Positions 19,607 through 28,337 of a stretch of DNA of 64,000 bases are shown piece by piece (the first letter of the stretch is position 1; each line of letters begins with the position of its first letter). The notes beneath the pieces are model-generated. The model saw nothing but the letters and a program-made list of their open reading frames with translations. It searched no databases and was not told the origin of the DNA. The DNA lies in assembly GCA_024655825.1 (NCBI GenBank), contig JANLFJ010000001.1, forward strand, positions 111,497-175,496, written 5' to 3'. A program made the position numbers and the translations under genes. This stretch comes from Peptococcaceae bacterium (GTDB lineage Bacteria > Bacillota > Peptococcia > DRI-13 > PHAD01).

Positions 19607-22600
19607 CTATAACACCTCCAAATAATCATCGCTGACGCGTATTTTTAGAACTTGAAAACTGCGATCCGCTTTAATTTGAAGTATCTGCAAATACTCGGGC
19701 GAATAATCACTAGCTTCATCATTAAGCAACTGTGCCTTAAATTGCTCAAGACGATCAATATAGCCAGCCGTTAATTCTTCTACTACCTCTCCTTTGTATC
19801 TTTGCGTTACATAATCCATAAATGGTAAGTCCAAAGCGATTTCAATATTGCTGTTTTTGTATTTGAGGACGAGAATACGGCTTGTAACCTTATCCAAGGA
19901 GTAATTGACCTCGGTTTTTAATGTGAAATCCTCTGACCTGAATCGTTTTAGTATTAGCTGGTTGCTTTGGCCGCCTTTCTTTAAATTTAAAGTCACATAG
20001 AGATCATGGTTTTGAGGTTTGCTTTCAAGCAGCCGTTGACCGATAAAATACTCTTGCAGCACATGTAAAATTTGCCGGCGATATTGTTCCTCTTGAAATT
20101 CTGAGATAAACTCCTCTTTGTCTATTAATTGCAAGTATTTAAGTAAAAACGGAGATTGCAAAAACTCACAAATATATGCTTGTCCGACGAAATCCTTTAA
20201 GGGCGCAAAGAAATATATCAGACGGCGAATTTGGCGCCGAATCGCCCTATCCTGATTTGGCTGGTTCCTCAAGGTAGAATAAATCGATTTTGAAATTCCG
20301 TTAAAGAAGGTGGCTGTTGTATCTGACTTCCAGATCGCTCTCTCCATATTAGGAACAAGTTTTCTACCAAAGCCGGCTTTTTGAATGGCCTGGACAGCAT
20401 TCAATTGCTTAGCTGTGGGGATTACAGTCTGTCCGTCATCGCCAAAAAAGAGATTGAAAAACTTAAATTCATTCAATCGCTCTGCTCGAGCTATTTCAGA
20501 CATATCATGCACAGCTTCGCAGTTAAGACCGCCGGTAACGGCATAAGCCAAATGACCTATCATTTGCCGCATCGTCAGACGGTCTCCGTATTCATAGATT
20601 CGCCGGTATGAGAGCCTTATTCGTTCGAATACTATTTCCTTGTTCTCTTGAAGCAGTTTTACGTTCTGATAGATAGGACATTGAGAGCTTACCGGGCAAG
20701 AAACCCATTTCTTCCAATTGTCTATATGTAGTATTCGTTCAAAAACCTTTATCGCCGGATCAATGCTATTGACACGTCCCAGATTGATAACTATCAAATT
20801 ACCATTCTCAATATAATATGGGTGTTCTGCTTCTAATGCTTTAAGCAAGTTGCTGAGTTCATATGCAGGAAATTTTTTCTTTAGACTGTCTAGGTTGTTG
20901 ATAAATATACCCGTATTAGTTACAACAAGATACCGTTTATTCTGATTTGCCGCTATTTCTTCGAAAACAGGAACCCGTTCGTTTTGCTCCAATTCACTCA
21001 TATCTTTAATGATGATAAGAGACTGATCTGCGATTTCTTCGCGTTTTTGCAAAGGGCGAAACTCCCCAGTCAGTCGTTTGTGAATCTCGGCCGCGATGGT
21101 TGTTTTCCCATCTCCTGCATTACCGGTCAATATAACATTATGATTCTGTTCAAAAAGTTCCTTAAAAATGGTTTCCGTAATAGGATTCTCCACATGGATT
21201 CGTTCATAGTTTTCGTTGCCTATTTGTGATTCCGCCGTAGAGTTCTCGTTGCCGGCCGATGTATTAGATAATGTATTCAGGTATGAGACAAAAGGATTTC
21301 CCACCCCTTCTATCAATTCTTCTGTCTCAATAACCGGTTTTGCTGATACTTCGGCCTTATCGGTAAAAGCTTTTCGGGATTCTTCGATGTTGACTTCACC
21401 TGGAATTTCTAAAGGAGATTCGGATTCTTGCTTAAAGGCATGATTAAATGAGTCGCGCATCTCATCGATAGTGGAAAAGCGTTGTTCTTTCATGGTTGCT
21501 ACCGCTTTTACCAGCCATTTGAGCAGGTTATTATTCGGCATCTTTGTTATTTCTTGAGGGTTAGGTTGGTCACCCACTGACGGCTGTGGATAGGGCTTTT
21601 CGCCACACAGCCATTCCCATAGACTTACCCCTAATGCAAATAAGTCTCCATCAAAACTGTATTCCATGTCTGTTCCCCTGATATTGTCCGGAGGGATATA
21701 GCCAACAGTGCCTTGAAACAAATCTATTCTCGGTTCACCGGCAATGCCGAAATCAATTAAAACAGCCTTATTGTCCGGAGTAATGATTATATTGTCGGGT
21801 TTGATATCGCTGTGAAGAAATGGTTTGGCATTGCCATTTTGATCCCGGTGTTTATGCAAAGATGCTATGCCCTCCATAAGACAGCGCGCTACAGTTAAGA
21901 ATGTTTCGATATCCGGCCTTTTTTTCTGTTCTATCCATTTTCGCATTGTTTCTCCCTTGATATAATCAAGGGCTAAAAAATATCGCTCTTTATTCCAGTA
22001 GCCTATTTTGTTTTCGCAAGGAACTATATATGGAGACTGGATACTGGATGTTATCTCAGCTTCACGGTAGATCCTTTCCCGAGGGACTTCCTTGTTAAAT
22101 AGTTTTATTACTACCAATTTGGAAGGGTAGGTTTCTGCTTTATAAAGTTGGGTTTTATCACCCTCTCCAATGAGTTCAAGAATTTCATACATGTCATGTT
22201 GATTGCCTTTTTCAAGATGGGGGTTGATAGTCCCTACGGCCATAATATCTCTTGCATTTTCCAACGGAGAAGTAAAGGCGGACAATATTCTTTCGATATC
22301 TTTTAATCTTTGCGCACGTTCTCCTCGAACCATTGCTTCAATAACATTTATCGTTTCTTCCGGGACATTTTTATTACGCAATCGAGCAATGCTCCGCTCG
22401 GACAAAATCCCTCCTTGAGCAATGAACGACCTTGTCGTTTTAAAAGGGCGTTCCCCTGTCAGCAGTTCGTAAGCAATAATGCCCAAGCCAAAGAAATCCG
22501 TTCCTTCATCAATATCTTGACCGTCCAATACCTCCGGCGCAATATAGCCATCATCTTCCAACTTTGAACTATCTGCAATAACGGTTATATGGTTGTCTTC

Positions 22601-24157
22601 TATCTGGTAAGCGAGGTCAAAGTTTAACAGTTTGGGAATATTGTTTAAAATGAGAATATTATCCGGTTTCACCGCCCGGTGTATAATATCGGCTTGATGG
22701 GCTTGATTTAGTCCCAAGGCAATCCCACGACAGATTTCAAATACCAGTTTGAGCGGAAGATTGCCGCCATTTTTATGAATAAAATCGCGCAGTGTTCCTG
22801 TTTCCGACCATTCCGACCCTTCAATAATATCGCCATCCTCGTTCTTAAATATCCATACCTTGTGAATATTAGGATGAGTGCTTATTTTTGAGACAGAATC
22901 AAGAGTATTATATGCTTTCTTATAAAAGCGTTGACGTTCAGTCTCAGAAAGGTTGTCCTGCGGTCGAAATACGCGAAAACGATGTAGACTTTTTGCACGT
23001 GAATCTATGGGGCGAGCAAGTAATTCAATGAAATCATGTTTCTGTGAAATATATTCCACCGTATCATAGCCTGGGACAGTGTATTTAATATTCTTTTTAG
23101 GCACTTGGAGATTCTTGAGGTAAGTTACAATAGCCGCAATCTTATTATCATCGAGAATTCTCAAAGAAGTCGATTCTTTTTTCTTTAGATATATTAATAG
23201 ATCTTCAACAGAGGCAAAGGTTGGATTATGAAGGTTATTCTCGACGACGTTAATCGGCATATCAGCTCCTTCAACTATAGCCTCATGGTTGGTCAGGACA
23301 ACCACTGATTCTATCCACAAGTCCGGGTAAGTACGAAAATGATGCTGATACAAACCCTTCAATATTTTACATTTAAAGGAATTATTCTTGTGGGGATCAT
23401 TCCGATGCTGTGTTTCATTAATAATCCAGCGATAAGGGGCGATTTGGATCTTCCCGGACCAGTGTTTCAATTCCAATACATAAATACCCGAATGCGCCAC
23501 TAGTATCGCATCATATTCGTAGTAGTTGTTAGATTGAATGTCGTATAAAACCAAGTTATTTATTATTCTGCCGATATTTTGAACTGTTGCCGCTTTATTT
23601 ATTAATTCAATTGCTGCTTGCTCATGGGTAAATAAACTACCTTCTTGAACCATGCCATTAGTATTGTTTGCGCTCTGATATTTATATTGATTATTAACAT
23701 GACTTAATAATGCATAGATATCTTCTTCTAATTGATTCCTTTTTATTGGATCAATCATAATATTATACATTTTATTATCCATATAAGCGTAGTTAACTGT
23801 TTCGAGCAATCGTTTTCTTGTCATCCTAGAATTAGCATATTGACAATATAAATTTTCTGCTTCTTCTTTAATATTTAAATACCAAAAGCCATCCCTTTGT
23901 AAATGATAAAAAGGATATTCAAGCATTTTTCGGTAGTTGGGATAATGTGGAAACAAATCATTAAAGATCTTAATAAAAATTGGTTCTAATTCATAAAAAG
24001 AAAATCTATTCTCATGAACCGGATTATTTTTAAAAATTGTAATAAGTGCAAGCAATAGTATATATTTATGGGGAGAAATATCACTCCCCCGTTTTAATAT
24101 ATTTAGCTTAATTGATATATTTTTTGTTTCTAGTTTTTTTGAATATGCATTAGACAT
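19607..24157 (-). CDS. Giant multidomain protein (PglW-like architecture): N-terminal SBD-like domain, NERD domain, degenerate kinase, Ser/Thr-type kinase, C-terminal P-loop NTPase module
   Basis: The track gives 19607..24166 (GTG). I prefer the ATG at 24157 (MSNAYS) with GAGGTG 6 nt upstream. NERD: YDAILVAHSGIYVLELKHWSGKI. Kinase 1: IIHRAVKPDN, NFD, YIAPE. Kinase 2: IGEGDKTQLY, VVIK, LHSDIKPDN, IDFG. Walker A: LTGNAGDGKTT. Confidence 0.7.
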   Translation of the reverse strand: MSNAYSKKLETKNISIKLNILKRGSDISPHKYILLLALITIFKNNPVHENRFSFYELEPIFIKIFNDLFPHYPNYRKMLEYPFYHLQRDGFWYLNIKEEAENLYCQYANSRMTRKRLLETVNYAYMDNKMYNIMIDPIKRNQLEEDIYALLSHVNNQYKYQSANNTNGMVQEGSLFTHEQAAIELINKAATVQNIGRIINNLVLYDIQSNNYYEYDAILVAHSGIYVLELKHWSGKIQIAPYRWIINETQHRNDPHKNNSFKCKILKGLYQHHFRTYPDLWIESVVVLTNHEAIVEGADMPINVVENNLHNPTFASVEDLLIYLKKKESTSLRILDDNKIAAIVTYLKNLQVPKKNIKYTVPGYDTVEYISQKHDFIELLARPIDSRAKSLHRFRVFRPQDNLSETERQRFYKKAYNTLDSVSKISTHPNIHKVWIFKNEDGDIIEGSEWSETGTLRDFIHKNGGNLPLKLVFEICRGIALGLNQAHQADIIHRAVKPDNILILNNIPKLLNFDLAYQIEDNHITVIADSSKLEDDGYIAPEVLDGQDIDEGTDFFGLGIIAYELLTGERPFKTTRSFIAQGGILSERSIARLRNKNVPEETINVIEAMVRGERAQRLKDIERILSAFTSPLENARDIMAVGTINPHLEKGNQHDMYEILELIGEGDKTQLYKAETYPSKLVVIKLFNKEVPRERIYREAEITSSIQSPYIVPCENKIGYWNKERYFLALDYIKGETMRKWIEQKKRPDIETFLTVARCLMEGIASLHKHRDQNGNAKPFLHSDIKPDNIIITPDNKAVLIDFGIAGEPRIDLFQGTVGYIPPDNIRGTDMEYSFDGDLFALGVSLWEWLCGEKPYPQPSVGDQPNPQEITKMPNNNLLKWLVKAVATMKEQRFSTIDEMRDSFNHAFKQESESPLEIPGEVNIEESRKAFTDKAEVSAKPVIETEELIEGVGNPFVSYLNTLSNTSAGNENSTAESQIGNENYERIHVENPITETIFKELFEQNHNVILTGNAGDGKTTIAAEIHKRLTGEFRPLQKREEIADQSLIIIKDMSELEQNERVPVFEEIAANQNKRYLVVTNTGIFINNLDSLKKKFPAYELSNLLKALEAEHPYYIENGNLIVINLGRVNSIDPAIKVFERILHIDNWKKWVSCPVSSQCPIYQNVKLLQENKEIVFERIRLSYRRIYEYGDRLTMRQMIGHLAYAVTGGLNCEAVHDMSEIARAERLNEFKFFNLFFGDDGQTVIPTAKQLNAVQAIQKAGFGRKLVPNMERAIWKSDTTATFFNGISKSIYSTLRNQPNQDRAIRRQIRRLIYFFAPLKDFVGQAYICEFLQSPFLLKYLQLIDKEEFISEFQEEQYRRQILHVLQEYFIGQRLLESKPQNHDLYVTLNLKKGGQSNQLILKRFRSEDFTLKTEVNYSLDKVTSRILVLKYKNSNIEIALDLPFMDYVTQRYKGEVVEELTAGYIDRLEQFKAQLLNDEASDYSPEYLQILQIKADRSFQVLKIRVSDDYLEVL

Positions 24158-24184
24158 GGTGTTCACCTCGCTTTCAAGAATATT

Positions 24185-24964
24185 TCAACATATCCCTTTT
24201 AATATATAAGACAATCTATTATTACTTAATTCAAATTCTACTTTGTTCTTATTATAATATTTATCCAAATTCCTTAAAAATAAAGGACCTTCTCTATTTA
24301 TACCTCTCCATGTATATACCCTCCCATCTGCATGGTTTTCCTCATAGTAACAAGCTTTATTAAATAAATCTTCATGATGCACTCTTAATCCTTTCCATTC
24401 ATCATCTGTCTGAAAGAAACAGAAATAACAACCGGATCGTTTTCGCCAATTATAATAATCCGGAAGGCCCAATCCAGAGTTTAAAAGAATACTTATTACA
24501 TCTTTAAGGGTAATATTATCTTTAATGAAGGGATAATTTGGTATTATATTACCTTTTGAACCTTGATAACCCTTTCTTCTCTCATCAGCTCTTATTGCAA
24601 TATAGCTATACGTCAAATCGTTTCCGATATATTCTTCATATGGCTTAAGTTTTAGTTGCCTTGTACACCATCTATTTTGTGGAGACGGTAGGACTCCTTT
24701 GTAGTATTTTAGCCAATAATCAAAACCTCTTTCTGAACTAATTATTTTTATTTCGATATTCAATATCGCCCGAATCCTATTTAGGTATTCGTATGTCTCG
24801 GGAAGCTCACAACCGCTGTCAGTGAAAACATATTCAATATCTAAATTTGGATATTTTTCACGCATATAGACGGCTAAGGCCGCGCTGTCTTTTCCTCCGG
24901 ACAATGCCAGAATATGACGCTCTTTTTGTTTATGGGTTTTATTTTTCATTAGCATGAGTCTCAC
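24185..24964 (-). CDS. PP-loop ATP pyrophosphatase of the PAPS reductase family (SspD/DndC-like)
   Basis: 259-aa ORF. PP-loop ALSGGKDSAA (nt ~24885-24902). WCTRQLKLKP motif. C-terminal Cys pair SGCYFCF. The start is uncertain (GTG 24964, ATG 24955 or ATG 24949); every option overlaps the upstream gene's 3' end. Confidence 0.8.
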   Translation of the reverse strand: MRLMLMKNKTHKQKERHILALSGGKDSAALAVYMREKYPNLDIEYVFTDSGCELPETYEYLNRIRAILNIEIKIISSERGFDYWLKYYKGVLPSPQNRWCTRQLKLKPYEEYIGNDLTYSYIAIRADERRKGYQGSKGNIIPNYPFIKDNITLKDVISILLNSGLGLPDYYNWRKRSGCYFCFFQTDDEWKGLRVHHEDLFNKACYYEENHADGRVYTWRGINREGPLFLRNLDKYYNKNKVEFELSNNRLSYILKGIC

Positions 24965-27900
24965 CCTTAATCAATTCTTCGGCAAGCGCCAAGAAAACTG
25001 CTCTTGCTTTATCTCGCGGCATCGCCAGAATATCTTTGACTGTTTTATTTACAATTCCATCATCTAATCTAGCATGAAATATCTCTCTTCTGGTGGTGCC
25101 ATCCGGGGCCATTAGACTGAAAAGCCTAGCTTCTTTCAAGACTCGGAGACCATTTAATGAGGCTAAAATCTCTAATTGCCCAATGCGATTTGCATAATCG
25201 CGCAATTTAGTGGTATAAACGTGGAAATCCTGGTCATTCCATGAGTCCATTGGTTTTTTAACGACTATTCCTGCAATGCCTCGCAACCAATCATCCAAAC
25301 TTACATATTCACGAACCATCGCCTGGAGGACGGCCTTTAATTCACTTTCGTCGCAGATTTCCAACAAAGGTCTAAGTCGAGATACTAAGTCATTATACAT
25401 TGCGCGTAGGTCTGGATAAGCGAAGACCTTAAGCGTCGCTGTTTGGACTTCTTGATTCAAAACTGAATAAGCTTCAGCCAATTCGTGCAGAACAGACCGC
25501 AAGCGGTGTTGCAATTCTTCACGCCAGATGTTTTTGTTAGCAGGGTCCTTTATGTTTATACCAAGCGCTCGAGGCAAATCTTCAAAAAGCAGTTCTATGG
25601 GTTCAATCGCGTTCTGAATAACAAATCGTGTTTCTTGGGCTGCCAAAGATACTTTCCTGGTATTTTTCGAATAGTCCGGTAGGTTATTGATAAATTTTAA
25701 CAGAGGCCCAATAACGCCCAACATGGAAATGTTGCGGAGCCCTTCTTTGTCTCCAAGTTGCGCCTCATCCAATATTTTGCGATATACGTTAAATACTTCT
25801 TGTTCCACCTGGTTGGATAGAAAGCGTTTTAAGGTAAATAAATCAGGTCGTTTAATCATTAATGCAATATCGGAGCCATTCAGGTAAGGCTTATAACTCC
25901 CTTCTTGAAACACCGCTATTTCATCAGATTTAACCGTTAAGAATAAAGAAATATATATCGGAATAGGTCCTTGTCTCATGCCAAAGGGTGGTTCCTGCAA
26001 AATGCGGATAATCTCGGCAACACGGATTCCTTTTTGGCCGGATTTGTTGATATGTTCCTCAATGGTCTTCCATAATTGCTGGAGATTGGGATCCTTTCCT
26101 TCTAAAGATAAAACCCAAGCATTATTTTCATTCTTAAATGAATGCAGTCCTTCTGCCAGCAACAGCGATCGATAGATAGCCACCTCCGGGCCGAATCCTT
26201 GTAATCCGAATCGTTCTTTTTTACTGTGGGCCACCATCGCTTCAATTAATACACGGCGAGCTAAAGCGGCAGCGCTTGATAAATTGTCATAACTTATCAT
26301 CTCATTGCCAATCCGTGGACTTTTATGATAACACCGATCACAGAGCTTTGATAATTCTAATGAAAGTTGCCTGGCACTTGAGATTTCTACCTCTTCCCCA
26401 CCCGAAAACCATTTAACTTCCTGTAGACCTGGTGAGTATAGCTGCTGAATATATTGCCGGAATTGTTGCTCCGCTGCTTTTATACGGAATTGAAGCTCTT
26501 TGCGCGCTACACCGTCCCTTTCTAGTTCGGAAGATTCCTCCAACACTGAGCGTGCAGCGACTACTTCCGCTGCAAGTTCATATAAGGAAGACTGCTTTGA
26601 GGTATAAGCAACAAGAAGAGGCCTGTTATCTTGACACTTTGATGGTATATATGGAGGTTCATCCTGAATCCCGAAACTGTAAACAAAAAGCCCATCGAAA
26701 CCCTTTTGCGGGACCAAGCTGGAAGAAAGCTCGTCTACATGCAACCAGCGTCGTTCGAATTGCCTAATGGTACCTGTTTTATAAGCATGACGGGAAGCAA
26801 TAACCGGGGAAAGAGGCAAATAGGTTTGGAGAATTTTTGAAAGAGAGGTGAGAGCCAGTTTATCCTTTCTTTCGTGAATAGCAGTATTAATGTCAAAATC
26901 AGAGCCTTCCCATAACCTATACTCTCCTGCATATTCCCTGTATATTAGCTTGCCTCTTTCCGTAATTCTCCTAATAGATTCTTCACTTTTACTATAATCT
27001 TCACCATAGGAGTAGTAAATAATATCGGCAATATTCTCGAACGTGGCTTTAATATCCAAAGAACCACTAAGCAAATTTAGAATTCCAATATTTTTAAGGA
27101 TTGCACGATCCAAGTCGGTTAAAGACCCAATGCTTTGTATAATGTCCTGTATCTCAATCAATCGCTGTGATTCGGCTCTGTGCAGAAAAATACCGGTGCT
27201 TACGCTGAAGAAATAGTCATAGAGGTAATCTAAGCCAATGGCCGGTAAACAACTTGTTTCTTGCCGTTCGCGCGCCAGATAAGCAGGTAGCGCATGCTGA
27301 TCGCCGCTACAGAGAAATGCTAATAAAGTCCTGTCATTTTGTGCAAATCGGCGGCAAAGCTCACATAAAACTATGGCTGTTAACGGATGCAAGGGATATA
27401 TACTAACAATTTTATCCAGACTAAATCCTTGTTCTTTTCCTATTGGCGTCTTGTGGATATAGTTATGAACTTCTGTCGCCCAAGCCTGAATCCGCTTTTT
27501 TTTATCTTCGTCAGAAGTCTGTTTCAGGGCTTTACTCATCAGATTAATCATGTGAGTATTAGATTCAATGAAAGAAATGTCTTCAAAACGCCCCTGAATT
27601 TTGCTCCATTCTCGTCTTTGAACCGTGGACAGTCCAACAATATATTCATCGAAGGCTTGGTGCAGGCAAACCCAGAGATATACGGATTCCATCTCCGCCA
27701 ACTGCTGTAATATGAAAATATCGCCTTTATTGTGGTGATGAGAAAGATAATCCAAATTCTTGCCAAACTCATCAATCACGATAATTAATGATTTATCTGT
27801 AATGCTCTTTATCTGGTTAACAATCGATAAAAGCTGGTTCGAATCTATAATCTTTTGGTTGATTATTTTATGCAATTGATGTTCAATTCGTTCCTTTTGG

Positions 27901-28331
27901 GGAAAGCTGGCGATAGATATGGCGTGTTGTATGCCACGAGCCAAGGTGAGGTTTAGTGGTTCATAAGCCGCCGTAACAGGAATTTGAAAAAAACCTTTAT
28001 TAAGCGCTAATGATTTCGCCAAACGTTTAGCAATTCCGCAATCAGCTTTTGTTAATACTTCCCAGGAAATTTTAGTCGCGCTTTGCGATGGATTGCCGGT
28101 TATCGCCAATAAGAAATTGATAAAAGCTGATTTTCCTATTCCATATGGTCCCGTTAAAGACCAGGCCGAAATCTTTTCTCCTTCAAGGGCGCTTATAAAA
28201 CGTTTGATGATCTCCAGCGTTTTATCGCTGACCTGGTATTTGTGAATCAGCTCTACTCGTTGGCTGTCCCTTTCTATCCTGACTGAACGCGCACTGTTCA
28301 TGTCAGGGCAGACATAATCAGATAGTTTCAT
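24939..28331 (-). CDS. Large P-loop ATPase, SspC/BrxC-like
   Basis: 1130-aa ORF. Walker A TGPYGIGKSA (nt ~28127-28150). Walker B LIIVIDEFGKN. LQQLAE and YPLHPLT motifs. Lies between the DUF4007-like and PAPS-reductase-like genes. Confidence 0.6.
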   Translation of the reverse strand: MKLSDYVCPDMNSARSVRIERDSQRVELIHKYQVSDKTLEIIKRFISALEGEKISAWSLTGPYGIGKSAFINFLLAITGNPSQSATKISWEVLTKADCGIAKRLAKSLALNKGFFQIPVTAAYEPLNLTLARGIQHAISIASFPQKERIEHQLHKIINQKIIDSNQLLSIVNQIKSITDKSLIIVIDEFGKNLDYLSHHHNKGDIFILQQLAEMESVYLWVCLHQAFDEYIVGLSTVQRREWSKIQGRFEDISFIESNTHMINLMSKALKQTSDEDKKKRIQAWATEVHNYIHKTPIGKEQGFSLDKIVSIYPLHPLTAIVLCELCRRFAQNDRTLLAFLCSGDQHALPAYLARERQETSCLPAIGLDYLYDYFFSVSTGIFLHRAESQRLIEIQDIIQSIGSLTDLDRAILKNIGILNLLSGSLDIKATFENIADIIYYSYGEDYSKSEESIRRITERGKLIYREYAGEYRLWEGSDFDINTAIHERKDKLALTSLSKILQTYLPLSPVIASRHAYKTGTIRQFERRWLHVDELSSSLVPQKGFDGLFVYSFGIQDEPPYIPSKCQDNRPLLVAYTSKQSSLYELAAEVVAARSVLEESSELERDGVARKELQFRIKAAEQQFRQYIQQLYSPGLQEVKWFSGGEEVEISSARQLSLELSKLCDRCYHKSPRIGNEMISYDNLSSAAALARRVLIEAMVAHSKKERFGLQGFGPEVAIYRSLLLAEGLHSFKNENNAWVLSLEGKDPNLQQLWKTIEEHINKSGQKGIRVAEIIRILQEPPFGMRQGPIPIYISLFLTVKSDEIAVFQEGSYKPYLNGSDIALMIKRPDLFTLKRFLSNQVEQEVFNVYRKILDEAQLGDKEGLRNISMLGVIGPLLKFINNLPDYSKNTRKVSLAAQETRFVIQNAIEPIELLFEDLPRALGINIKDPANKNIWREELQHRLRSVLHELAEAYSVLNQEVQTATLKVFAYPDLRAMYNDLVSRLRPLLEICDESELKAVLQAMVREYVSLDDWLRGIAGIVVKKPMDSWNDQDFHVYTTKLRDYANRIGQLEILASLNGLRVLKEARLFSLMAPDGTTRREIFHARLDDGIVNKTVKDILAMPRDKARAVFLALAEELIKGETHANEK

Positions 28332-28337
28332 TAAATA

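Noticed and set aside
11962-27503. Homopolymeric A8/T8 tracts inside island genes (11962-11969, 12652-12659, 27496-27503) as possible phase-variation switches.
   Set aside because: Tracts of 8 are short for slipped-strand switching and are expected in ~35% GC, Lys-rich coding DNA. All three ORFs are intact.
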